A stretch of 61,487 nt of DNA, the filler included, from Choristocarpus tenellus KU-1152 (Eukaryota > Protista > Phaeophyceae), in NCBI GenBank assembly GCA_964200185.2. It is 11 parts of 11 records of this genome, joined end to end, with 100 filler letters (N's around TTAATTAATTAA, not from the genome) between each part and the next. Parts side by side here need not be neighbours in the genome. Positions count along the whole stretch, not along the records: positions 36,821 to 55,158 come from CAXNAD020000563.1; 10 more parts are not named here. One strand, given 5' to 3'. A program made the translations under genes and the position numbers. How positions within the stretch are numbered: the first letter of the stretch is position 1; each line of letters opens with the position of its first letter. Shown piece after piece: positions 36,928 through 50,149 of this stretch. The notes beneath the pieces were generated by a model. That model worked only from the letters and a program-made list of their open reading frames with translations, made no database searches and had not been told where the DNA came from.

Positions 36928-37504
36928 AGTTGGGCTTGGAAGTATCTATTGTGAAGTGCAGCACTAGTAGGGGATGTATAGAATATTCTACCGGTTTGGT
37001 TCATTTTCTAGCAATCATTACACAGTGCAGGTGACCACAAAATGTAAGGGTTCATTGTGTGTGGTGACCCTCCCATGTACCCAGAGGACAGCTTCCAAGG
37101 AGAACAACAGGTAGGTGATGCACACACACAACACAGTACTTGGTCAATAAAAAATTGCTGCTAATAACAAGTATGAGGTCACCATTCATACTTGCACTAC
37201 ATCACACCACACTTCAACAGTAGTATCAATAGTGTTGACACTGTTTGCAAAGTCTCCAAAACAAAACAAAACTCTAAAAACAAGCACTACCCCTCAAGAA
37301 GAATCGACACATGTCATCAATCCATAGAATAGGAGATGCTCGACTAGTAATTTTATAGGTTGCGCATTGCAGACAAACCTTAACCCTCACGTGTTTATTC
37401 TACTCCCTCACAAGGCAAAGCACCTTTCAGTCACCTACCTCTCTTCTCCTAGTGTGCCATATTGCAGTTTAATTTCATGGGCAACCCTCTCCCCAACGTG
37501 CCAG

Positions 37505-37729
37505 GTATGTGGGATGACTCCACTGGCATGCGCATTGGGGTCTATATACGGCGGGGATCCAGAGAGTGAATGTGTACGTCTAATTTGTGATGCTGGTGGC
37601 GTAAACGTAGTTGCTGCAGACATCCCACGTGTGGGTTCGATTCTGGATGTGCCCATTCGCGAAACAAGGACAGCCATGGATGATATTGCAGACAATATTG
37701 GAAGGATTACCTACACAGGGCAGTTTTAA
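37505..37729 (+). CDS. Last exon of an ankyrin-repeat protein
   Basis: CAG acceptor, then VCGMTPLACALG...ECVRLICDAGG (GxTPLxxA...VxxLxxxG), ending TAA; upstream exons not found. Confidence 0.6.
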   Translation, partial: VCGMTPLACALGSIYGGDPESECVRLICDAGGVNVVAADIPRVGSILDVPIRETRTAMDDIADNIGRITYTGQF

Positions 37730-39648
37730 CTTTGCGACAGAGGGAGAGAGGATTGCTGGCGTGTTCCTCTCTCCTCTTGATGGTGCTGCTGCTTCCTGAT
37801 CCCTTGTCGTGGGATTTCGACTGCATGGTCTATAAGATCATTTTGTCTCAGCAAAGTTGGTTCTTGTTCATATTGGATGGCGTTTGCTTGCTCATTAAAA
37901 TGAACAAGTTGATGATACCGGTCCAGAAATAAGAGGAACACAAGAAGCTACGAAATTTCAATGAATGAATATGTAATGAATACTTATGTTGCCACCGAGA
38001 ATCTCCAAGGTACCATATGGTGGGAGAAATAGGCTGAAGGGTAACTCAAAGGTTGTATTTTGGATCAATGACTGACAAGACAGGGATTTCTTCTCATGTT
38101 TTTGTTGCCTTGAAGGGTTTTCCTTCCTGAGAGGATGGTCAGTTACCTGTAGCATGATGTAAGCCGGCAAATCAGCACTATTAATCAGAAGTGTCTTTTA
38201 ACTGTAACCAATCAGACAGGGTAATACAGAAAGGTCCGCCGCCAGTAATGTTTTGGGCTTCTCGCACTATCCTGGAGAGACCCCACCATATACCCTAATA
38301 AGCCCCAGTCTTGAAAGGAATGAAGTTCTCATCATTATAGTTTCTGTTGGTTGCAATGATGTGACATTGAAAGGTTTAACATAGAATAGAGTTGATTCAG
38401 TCCGTTCATTGGTCTGTTACATTTGAATTTCCCAAAACCAACAGAACTACTTTATTACAAGGAAGTTCAGATAGCTTGAGGAGAATCAAATATAATCGAC
38501 TAATGGTAAGGCTGAATCAATTATAATCCATTTTAACCCTTTCCGTTTTGTATAACTGTACTCAATATGTTTGATAATGGTCTACCCCCATGCACAAAAA
38601 TAAAGTTCTTGAAATATTATATTTGCTGCAAGTCCCAAGCCCAACTTACCAAGACCTTGCCTTCTCTCAGGCAATCAGGTAGTGGACTAAGAAGTCATAG
38701 TAACAGTGGAGAATTGCATCGACCTCACAGTACCAACATACAGGGACATCTCCCGCCCCCTCTCTCTCCCGCATAGGATAAAGAAAACAAATGAGACAAA
38801 GTAGGAAATGGGCTAACTACCTCATACTTGTAGCCAATCTCTCATGACCTTGGTGCTGAACCCAGATACATGGTGTACTCTTGGGCAGTGCATAGAAAAG
38901 GCTTAGCTCTTTTTGGATAGCAGGGTCGTGGCATCAAGCGAAGATTTGCTTGTTTCTCCTAATGTCACAATCTTACCCTCTAATTCCTTGTATTCTGTTC
39001 ATTACTGATCATCTATGGATTACTACACACTGAACACAATCCTAGCATATCAAACCTCAAGCAGCGGGAAAATAGAGGACATCCATGGACACAAGGGTCA
39101 CTAGACACCAATAGTACCCACTCAGTTAACCCCTTCTCCAACTTCCATCTATGTATCCCTCGCTGTTGCCCCGTTTCACACTCATCTGCAGACCACCCTT
39201 CACAACCATCACACCAAGCAATGAATACAATCTTTGCAAGGAGTGCAAAAAGAGCTTTGGGGTGCTTGTTTGCAAAATCTCTTAAGCCCTCTCTCTCTCC
39301 ACGATACATACATCCTGCATGTAAAAATTGAAGTACTAGAAAATAACTACTTCTCACAAGAACATAATTCCCCATGTTGTCAGAGAACTTGCACAACAGC
39401 AGTTCGTTCTACACACTTAAGTATGCACTGATCTGACCAACTTCACCAGTATCACATGGGCATCAGCATGCATGTCGCCCTTCTCAGGGTTTCACCTCAA
39501 ATGGTCTCAGCAGCTCTTCATATGTTGACCCTCAGCTATGGCGAGTTGTTTTGATGGCTTTGCTACTCTGAGCGCAAACCCACTATTAATTTAGTCATTG
39601 GGGATAACAAGTATTCCAGATAACAACCTGCTACTTCTGCATGCCTTC

Positions 39649-42600
39649 TCAGAGCTGGACTTTTCCATCCTGCTGAAGGTAAGCAGTATCGGCGGCCTCG
39701 TCAAGGCACCCTGCTCTTGGAGAATATAATACTCTCCGCCATGTAGGAATGAGTGCCTGTGCAAACCCGGGGATCTGTAGGTGGGAGGTAGGACGGGTTA
39801 TGTTGTGAAGACAAAGAGGGAAGGGAAGTGTGTCCAGCTTTTAGATGCCAATCAAGCATTAATCAAGATCTGGATTGTGATTGGAACGGGGTCATATAAA
39901 CCTGTTGTTCAGTATAGCGTTCAGGAGGATAAACAAGTACTTTGCAGCAGCTACAATAGTTGTACTTACTGGCTGTTGAAGTGTCTACTACATGAATAAC
40001 AACACAAAAAAAGCACGATACGATACTATCCACATACGGCCGCTTGACCATATCGAGTCTCCCATGTCCTGGCTGTCTTACAGGAGGTGATGTGTACAAG
40101 ACAAAGTTAAGGAAATGCACCCAATTTTCTTGACATGGATTAGTGGCACTATCCCCTCAAGCATGCTGCACTTTCTCATTCTAGCCACACATCAATCATG
40201 GACACCTCAGTCACTACAACCAAGAAATATTTGTCCACAAATGTATGAAGAGCATTGGTGAAGATAGAGATAGTTAGAGAACCCTGAGACAACTTGTATA
40301 ATGATACCGCCCACCGAGGGGGGAGGGGGAGTCATGCCCCGCTTTCTGATTATTAGAGCTCCAATAGTAAGGAATACACTGTGGTGTTGATGAATGCAAA
40401 AAAATAATAATTTCAACCAATAGAAAAACCTGCACGAACAATTGATTCATAGAGTACAAAATTCCACAACTCCTCTCATCAACCCCTTCAAACTAATAAT
40501 ATTATTAAAAATAAACTTGAAATGACTGCATGATTGAGAATAGGTGCAAAACATTAAAAACCCTGTATTCTCACACCTGAGCCTTGAAGCCCTTGTACTC
40601 CTCCCCGTTGGTGACATCAGAGGTCAAGGCATCATACATGGACACAAGCAGCACTTGTGAGTCCACCAGTCCGAGGCTACGGATCACCTGAAGGAGGAAG
40701 GACAGGTAACACCTCAGTCAAGGCTGGGGGGATATGGAGACGAATCTTCCTTGTTGGGTTGGGAGCATCGCGCTTATTTAGAACTGGTGTAGGCTGGCTC
40801 TCTGCAGAAAGAGAGACTAGTAGAGTACACACAAAAACAAACACCGAGAACAGGGACAGGCAATAGACCTCAACAGTTAACACCTCACCTGCAAACAGCA
40901 CCCAGCATGTAACCCACTCAAGCCCAAGATAAAAGTTTTCTGTAAGCCACACTTCAATGAAGGTGAAAAACATATCCTTACACTTCAAGTACATACAATA
41001 CTAGTACTACAACAGACCGATATTTCACTTACTGTCCCACTTCAAACCCAACCTCATTCCCAAACCCCCAAACCTAACAAAAAACACAGAAAATGTATTT
41101 TGACTTCCCCCTCCCCCCCCCNNNNNNNNNNCCCCCCAACCAAAGAAAAAAAACAGAAAATGTGTTTTGACTGCCCCCCCCCCCCCCCCCCTATTTCCCT
41201 CCCCATATATTACCTTATCGTTGAACTTTTCTTGCAGCTTTGAATCCATGTAAGCTCCTACGTATGGCACAACCACACTTTCCTGTGCACGTGCCAGCCT
41301 GCCTGCTCTCTTTTCCAATTCCAGTGACAGGTCGGCGGCCTTCAAAAGGGACGACCGGCTCACTGCTGAAACATCTCCTCGTTGTTCCCCCTTCTTGAGA
41401 AGCTGACATTGCCTCGGCAGGATTAAGAAAACCGATCAAGTTCTGTGAGAGCTGGAGTTGCAAAACTATATTGGCAGATCAAGACACTCTTGTCTACACA
41501 GGGTTCATGAGGATATGGCTATAGATAAAATCTGAGAGGTATTCGAGGACAAGATGTTTGTAGGCAACAAGCACAGCATATATCACACGTTGAAGTAAGG
41601 TTTTCCTATTACTTCGGAGTACTTCTAATATTGTAAACCCAGTATCGCACATGATATGGTATAATATAATATAATTAATATTCTAGGAGAGCCATGCAAA
41701 CTGAGGGCAGCAGCTGGCTAAGGTGAGACATCAACCACTACCAACGAGCAACTCACCTGTGTGCTCAAAACAGGTACTTTCAAAATGAAACAGTATTGCC
41801 ATAGAAGAAAGTCTCACATCATTACGTATGAGAAACATATGTTTATGTATGAAATTAAAAATGTTCGAGCAGAAAGGGCTTACGTTACTCCCTCTACACA
41901 AGCAATTATAACCCTATCTGTGATCAACCGACTCACCATCCAGTCCTCACATCCCCAGTTATCCCATATCCTAAGTGTAAACCTAAAACTATCCATTTCT
42001 CTCTCAAGACCTCCTATTGCACACAGTTGGCCCAGCCCACAAAGATAAATCGTGACAAGCTAAGGCATCTACGATGGTGCTATTGGGTTAGGCATGATCA
42101 TAAGTACAAAGATGGTCCGCAACCACACTGCTTCACCATGGAAAATAATTGGTCAACACAAAACTGTAACTGCCATGTTCAATGGTTCACGTGGTTCCAC
42201 ATACACAGCAACATTTCTTACAGGTGACAAGACTTCGCTCCAAAAAATGTCCTTACAGTCACATGCCTGTTCAGTACTTTGTGCAACATTCACAATATAG
42301 TACCTGACCAATCCTTTCCACCAATACCGCCATCCCTCTGCTCCTCCAGCACTAACCTTCCCAATGCTATCCCCTATTCTTATAACCGCCTCCTTTTCCC
42401 GTGAAAACTCATCCAGGGATGACAAGACCTCCTCTGGCAGGTGTTCCCTTAACCATGGGAAGAACAATCCAGACTCCACCTTGTGAAGCTTCCGGAAGCT
42501 GCGCAGAGACCACAGGAATGCATAGTACTTGTGAGAAGTCAACTGGAAAAGCAGATGAGAAGACTTCACAGAGACATCAGTGAAGTACGACTCATTCAGT

Positions 42601-44857
42601 GCAAAATTATGGGAGGCATTTATTGGGGGGTACCAGAAGTATATTGTAGAGCTTCAATAATACTACTATTGATACACAAATCTAGAGCTAATGTTCTATC
42701 CTTACGATACTTACCCCACAATATAATTATAGTATGGTTTACACATCATTGCCTAGACACACTCATAGCCTAATTTACACAGATCAAAGGTCTACTTTCG
42801 ATAACACCAGGAGGCTATGAATACACTTTCAGTCCCTACAAAAAGGACAGCCCCCGATCCCTCCCAAATGAAAAACTAAACCCCTCTTCCTTCCCCCTGA
42901 CCTGAATGTCCACATGAAGCCATAGCACTTGAGCACTCGTCTCATTGCGGCCCTGTCGACTGCCCTGTTAACCCCTCCCCTACCCCCCCCAGGATTGTAT
43001 TGTGCAGCCAATAAAATTACCCTTCGGAAACGTTTCACATCTCTCAGCACTGCTAGAGTGTGCCAACGCCATCTGATAAAAGGATAGGGGTGGGGTGAAT
43101 AAAAAAAAAAGGACTTTTGGGGAAGAGGAGCCCAAACAATTGAATTTGCGGTATACAGTCACTCAAGCTCCTATGCTGGCAGTCGATAGTGCTGTTGTGA
43201 GGAGATACAACTCCCAACAGTGACACTGATCGCAAAACCCCCCTAACCTTAGTGAGGAGGAAAGAGCAAACGCCATTCCATTCCAGCGACAACCTCACAA
43301 CTGTATTATTACCAATAATGTACAATGCACAAACACATAACACACATATACTCTAAACCAAGTTACCAAGAGAAATAAAAATAAATGTCAAGCACAGTAG
43401 CACTAGATAATTGCTTCTACTCCCATACTTCATGCGAATGACACTCAGATACCAAATGCCCAAAATCACCATTTCAGAACTAAGGTTTGATTTACACCAG
43501 CCTGCCAACGCATACACTCGAGAAAGGTCTACACCACATGTAAAAGGCAAAGGTTATAGTAACTGAGCTAACGAACAGCCACACAGTCCCTCACTGGATG
43601 CCAAAAATGAAGTGGGACAAGGGCTTTGGAGAAGGAACTGGTTGTTGTTCTTGCTGGGAAAGCATGACACTACTACCTGAACCCAAGGTATCATTTTATC
43701 AACCGTATACAAAATGACTGCCATATCTCCTCCCTCACATAAACGGGGGATATCAAGAAGAGCAATTAGGACAGTTACAGTCTAAGCATACAAATACATA
43801 AATATGTACCCGTTGATGAGAAACACTCTCTCAGAGGTGTCCACTGGAGCATTCTCGAATTGCTTTGCATTTGTATCCACGCCTTTATCATGTGTCATCA
43901 TTGACATTACCTGTCCCAATCGGAAATAGTTAAAGGTTAAACAGCCACCGTACAGAGCTCATAAGCAAACTGTGCACAAGGATTGAGATGGTCGTGCTCT
44001 TGTTGAACTGAGCTCAGGGCCCAACTTTGCCACCAGCTCGACAATTACCTAAACCTAGCCGAAACCATAACGCTAGTCTCAAACATTTTTTTCCTTACCA
44101 ACGTAGTGCAGATAGTGGAGATTAAATATCTCGAAGAAAAACCTTACGAGATTAACATGATGGTGTTTGAACTAGAACCTTTTTCATTTTGGTTTGAAAT
44201 TATCGTAGAAATCATTAAACTAAAATGCGTTGCAAACATGTGAGTTATAAGACTCAATGAGATAAGGGCTATAAAGACCAGCATACTCCCCTTGACAGAC
44301 TAGGGTCTATCGGCTCTTGCACTGGTTTTGCTACTGCCCTGGACAGGGTATGGAATGTTCATCACCAGGTCCCCATAGCGGAACTGAGCTCAGCAATAGC
44401 GAGGATTCAAAAGGGGTGGTACCAGTTATTGTAGGGCGAAATCGGCAAACCTCTACTCTACCTCAGTTCGAGGGTGAGGGTGTATGTTGACCGCAGTGTG
44501 GTGAGGGAAGATCTATCATCCTTGATCATGGACAGGTCATAGGATATTGAACCTCACCTGTACACGCATCCTTGCTTTTCCCTCCTTCACACGATCTTGC
44601 AGCCATAATCCCGGGGCGAACGATGAGTCCTTGGAAGATGTTTGCCCCACAGCAGCCCGACCCTTGACCCCATCCGTGACTTCAATTGCGCCCGATACCT
44701 TACCTGCCGCTGCGCTGCCAGTCCTGAAAGCGGGTAAGCCTGCATGTCCAAATCCGTAGAGGCTGGGTGCCATGGCCAGCAGCACGATGGGCCATATTAT
44801 GGAGGGGTTCTGCAACCACCATCTTCTCCCTCGTGGTCTCACGCCTTGTACAGGCAT
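39649..44857 (-). CDS. Hemerythrin-like (HHE-type helical) domain protein with N-terminal targeting presequence; complete 8-exon model
   Basis: Exons 44857-44558, 44048-43971, 43910-43810, 43072-42902, 42498-42357, 41402-41214, 40687-40577 and 39774-39649 join in frame with GT-AG introns. Motifs VFLINGWRWHT, KLHKVESGLFFPWLR and AQESVVVPYV; hydrophobic IIWPIVLLAMAPSLYGF. Confidence 0.75.
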
Positions 44858-45177
44858 GTTGTCCCCTTCCTCTCCCTCTACGTTCTCCAGCTTGGGACTT
44901 CACGGGGTCTCAGCCCTAACAAGATGTGCTAATTCAAGCCACAGGAACAATTTACCCCAACAGATCATGTACACTTGCCAGCTGGGCTGGCAGGGGCCCG
45001 GCTACCGTCCTATGGTTAGCTGCGCAACGTGTCTAATCAAGTTGATCATGACAATACTAAGGATGGGCGGATGGACGCACGACAAACACTCCTTACACAC
45101 ATCTTATCAATACACAAGTGTAACAAATTGAGTTGAGTTTGAAAGAGAGGAGGGCTATCGAGCAGTGGTTCCTCAAT

Positions 45178-48100
45178 ATGCGAGTCTGTGTTGCTATTGC
45201 TGCTGTTTCAACAGCATCTTGTTATCTCGTCTGGCAAGCGAAAGCGTTTTCTCCATTCGCTCTTTCGAGCAATCACTACCGAAACTATTGCACTTTTGGT
45301 GAAGTGGGGCGTTCATGTTCACGGTGAGCCTCACCCCCACCAACTACCTCGCAGCCTTGGGGAGACGAATAGTTGAAGTAATCTTTTTTGTCTTCCGCAA
45401 TCTCATCTTTGGTCTATGAATTGGGAGTCTTGATCTGCATTGATTTACGATACCATCCAGTCCCTGCAGTCCCCCTCGTATTATCTAGACCTTGCCACAC
45501 TTGTGTGGACTCGGGTATACAAACAGCACCAAACGAGCGCATACGCTTCCCATACCCTTATCATTACGAAGGGTATTTGTGGTAAGCTCGAAATTTATTT
45601 CCAGCGCGCGTAAGTATTGTAGTCCCTCTTTTGCCCCTCTCTTGATGAGACTGGTACCTTCTCCAACCGTAGTTTTTCGACCCCTTGTTCCCCCGCTGTT
45701 GTTTGGCGCTGCACATTTCATAGTCGAGGATGTAAGGATCGACAGCGAAGGTCGCATATGAGCCTGGAGCAGGATATGCCAGAGCGAAAAGTGGATCCTT
45801 ACACTATGGAACCTACGACGACGGTACATGCGATCCAAGTCGAATTTGTATACTGCTTGAGAAAGGGTCAAAACCTTGGTGCAGTACATATTTGTAGCCA
45901 ACTAGAGGCATCTGCTTGTGACCTGCACCACATTTCATTGTTTAGGTGACCCACTCTTTTCTATCGCGTTTTCTGGAGCGTACCTCCTCGTGACATTGAG
46001 CAATGCGCACAGTCTAGTACATGACATTGAAAGACATTGCACAATATTTGTGTACTACATTCTCTAAGTGACAGTCTAGTTCATGGCATTGAAAGACACT
46101 GCACAATATTTGTGAGCTACATTCTCTAAGCGACCTGTAGCAGCAATGAGGTTTTTGTAGTCGCCTTTCAATGCTAAATGGAGCAAGGGTTAAATGCACT
46201 CCTCCAAATCTTGACGAGAAACTGATGGAACTGCCGAAACTTGGTCTTGACTGCATTGAAGATCATCGTTGAGACGGAGGAGCAGATGGAAATTAGGATG
46301 ATTGAGGAATGGAAGGATGACGGGCGGAAGGGTAGAGTTCTAATCAGGAAAGGTGAGGGAATGTAGAACATACTTTCTTCTCTCGCGTGATTGATATTTT
46401 TTGGCTGTTTTTGATACGCATTTCGTCGCACTCTCAAAGTTTGATATCCACTACTTCGCAATGTTGAAGTATTTACTTCTTGATGTTGTAATAAACCCCC
46501 ATTATTATAGTAACTAAAGCTGTGGCTACATTTCCCTCCCTGTGGAATGTGTCAGTTAGGTCATTCTTTTCCAATGACAACTTTCAAGGTGTTGGTGATC
46601 TATATACAATGCACGTATCAAGTTTATATTTGATAACTACTAGGTAGGACAAGATTTGTTTATCCCCATTCCAAATGAAACAGATGTACTGTATCAAACC
46701 AGTCTCTACAGTGTTGGAAATCACAGTGCAATGTTGAGAGTGCCATCCAGTTGAGTCTAGTCCTCTTATATGAGTGCTTCAAAAATTGGGATGTGTTTAA
46801 TCTTTTCACAATGCACGGCAATTGCATCAAGAATATTCAATAAAATTTTTCTGGCCATTTTTAACTCGTTGCCTGGAGACATCCTTAAGGAAAGCCTGCA
46901 GCTATCTGTGTGCATTCACCATCATAACATGAGATGTGCACTCAGTTGTCCATGTCAAGGCCATCTATGATAGGCTGCCCTACTTATGAGGATGAGCATG
47001 GCCCTATGATCGTGTTAGTTGTGCGTGTATTGAGTCTTCCTTTTCAAGCATGTAGTGCTAAATGCTGTTTGTCTCCCTCCATCTTCCCCACACTTCACTT
47101 CTACCTCCTCCACACCATTGTACAGAGGACTACCCGCAAGTTGAAACTGAACCTCGGATTGTGTGTCAAAAGATTTTCGAGGCCCTTCAGGTAAGATGAA
47201 TAATATGTATGGAATATTGTTCAACTTTGCCTTGAGTGACCTGCACTCATGTATTGCTTATTTTTGGCGGAAACTATGTTGATTCAATCTTGATGCATGC
47301 GACATCAATCCTCTGAGTTGACCTGTGAACACGTAACGACAATTGGTCGTAAGAAACAGTCTAGTATGGCACGTTGAAGCAAACTGTTTTCCTGTTATTA
47401 AAAAATTCTAAGATTTAGTCTTCTGATGGGTAGTTGAAGTATTCAGTCCTTTGTTTGTTGATGTAGTTGAAACAGTCGCTGGTCTCTCTCTGTGGAGGAT
47501 TGTACATACAAAATGTGACTTGCTATTCTTAACCATCACCAAAACCCCTTGAATGAACCATTGAAAACTTGTGAAATGGGGACTTGAACCAGATCAACGA
47601 TTTCCCCATGCTGGACTACGGGGTGGCAGTGGCAATTAGGTTTTCCTCTGAGAAGAACGCTTTGTCTAGGATGACTCCAGAGCTGTATGGAACGTTCCTT
47701 CGCAATACCAAGGAATATTATGTGCTTATAGAAAACTCCGGGATCAAGCCTGAAGGAAAGATGAAGGTACAGGTGGAAAATTTCAAAAGGAGATTGTTGA
47801 AGAGGGTGACAGTTTGCTCACTTCATCTTGCTGTGGTTGGTCTTTGGTAGTGGGGGGTTAGTGGTACAGCATTTGGTTACACAAAGAAGATCGCTTTTAT
47901 GTTCTATTTGAGCTAATGAGGTACTGTCACCCTCACTGTAGCTACGCATGACTTCTTTGCTTTGCTGTAACACTGTGTTGTTTAGCATGAGATATATATT
48001 TTTGAAGTGAGTTCTTTGTACTCTTGTTCTGTATATTTTTACTATGTAAGCTGTCTCAATTTGTCGTATGACCCTATTGGTTCCCGCCCCTAGTTAAGTT

Positions 48101-48669
48101 GTTTTGTACGGTGAACTGGGGCAATGGACAGAGTTTTTTCAAGTGTTACCATCGATCCTGCTCCAGGTCTCCCCTGCCTTGGTACGAATACCTTTGGTCT
48201 GTCAGAGTGCCAAATGCAGGAATGATAGCAGGGTGGTCCATAAGTAATGGCAGCTAGCATATCACTCAAGTGCGTGATTGAAGTTTATTCATTGGACTGT
48301 ATCAACTCCACATCCCACTCATCCGAGGAACCCGTCTCTTGCCATCGTCACTGCAATACACACCATTTCCGCTTCATCCCTTGTTGAGTATATTGCTGTA
48401 TGATATGAAATTATTTTTCAAAGCTCAGCCTTTCAACGCTTACCCAAGGCAGTGAAACACCTATGCTGTAAAGTGTATATAGGAGGGATGCTGTACTAAT
48501 ATTTCCCCTCACTTTTCCCCCCTAGGTATCCAAGGATAGCTTGCGATGTATGCAGCGCATCAGGGCAGACCACAGCTTCACAGATCAATTTGACTACTTT
48601 CAGGCTCATCTCTCCAGGAAATCTGAAGCTGACCCTTGGCTGTTGGATGCTATCACCTTGGAAAAATAG
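45178..48669 (+). CDS. Plastid-targeted DUF4864-like protein
   Basis: Signal peptide ending AKA|FSP (ASAFAP-type). Early exons ~45489-45581 and ~45737-45823 have uncertain acceptors. Clear exons 47126-47190 (YPQVETEPRIVCQKIFEALQ), 47593-47766 (INDFPMLDYGVAVAIRFSS...YYVLI) and 48526-48669 (HLSRKSEADPWLLDAI, TAG). Confidence 0.75.
46009..46134. repeat. 62-bp tandem duplication, intronic
   Basis: ACAGTCTAGT starts at 46009 and 46071 with closely matching continuation. Confidence 0.9.
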
Positions 48670-50149
48670 CTTTTTATGTATGGATTCGAGGCAAGGTGTG
48701 CCACTTGCGGTGAAGATGCTTTGAAGTACTTTTTGTATACCTTCATAATGCATGTTCGGGGCCATGCCTAATCTTAGTATGACTGCAGTTATATGCATAG
48801 GAACAGGATTGATTCTTTTGGTGACCCTTATCCACAGTGAATTTATGATTGCATGGCAATACTAGAGCTTACGTAGTCGGTAAAAACCTCTACCATACTT
48901 AATAATACATTTGCTCTGTAGATCAGGACCAGCAGTGTAGAAGTAAGCATAAAGTAAATGTGCCAGACCCATCATGTCTGATGGTGGTAGAATTGATTGC
49001 AACAGCTTCTGTCTCAACAGAGTGTTGATACAAAAAAATTGTTTTTAGGCGAGGAAGAATCTAGACCATCCCTATTACTTCGATTGATCAGGTTGGTCAG
49101 AGCATTTGATGTAGTCCCATAGTGTATTATTGGTGCCATGCAAAAGCAACAAGAAATATTCAGTAGATAATAGTAGTGCTGAGGTTATGAGGGGTTGGGG
49201 TAGACGGATATGGCAAAAATGACCATCAAATACACCAATAGATAACTGGTCTGTATGTTTCATTCAATGGGATGCGTTTGTCTTTCAACCTTCTCACACC
49301 CTCTTGATCAAAATGAGTCTGGTCAGTGAGCATGGTCAGCACTGTTGTATCCTTTCCAGATCAGACTTGGTGCTGCCTGGTGCAGTGTGAACCTTCAACA
49401 TTGAAGTGTACTGGAAGTATTAGAATATATTAATAGTCCTATCTTTTGATGTTGCACCTTCTGCTGTATTGAGATACTCTTCTTGTGATACAAAAGTGAC
49501 AGCAAATGGCGATTGTTTCATTCGTACCTAGTGATTAGAGCTAGCTACGTTGTTGTGTCACTTGCTGTACTGGGGTTCTAATATTATCCAGTAAGACATG
49601 TAGGCAAGAGACAAATCAGTCACACAAATGATTACAAAGTTTGTGTTAACCACATTGACTCTTTGAAGCTGATTGTAATGGAGGTAACTGGCTGATTGGT
49701 ACTTGAGTGTGAGGTGGCCAAATGTCTCAGCCTCCAAAGTACTGAATATAGGTACGAGGATTGACTTGAGCCTTATTACCACAATACAATACAGTGGGAT
49801 TGGGGTGATCTATATTATGTAGTAGGTACGACTTTCATCATATCAAGGTTTAGTGCCTGTTTTACTATTAAGTCAAGTGTTGTTTGATATCTTGCCCACT
49901 TAATTATGTGGCCTGTCACTTTCCTAGAAAGGCTCCACCATTGTGCTTGACACTGTACTTTGAAGGGTACAATTGCATGGTACATTTGTTTTAAAAAAAC
50001 TCGTACTTCCTCTGTCCGGAATGAAATGTAACATGGGTTGCAGCCCTGATGAAGAAGCAAGATTTTTTCACATGCTCATATTTTATGCATGTATTGTGCA
50101 GACCAGTTGTGCACCAAATCTCAAGCAAAATATGGCAGCCTGTAACTAT

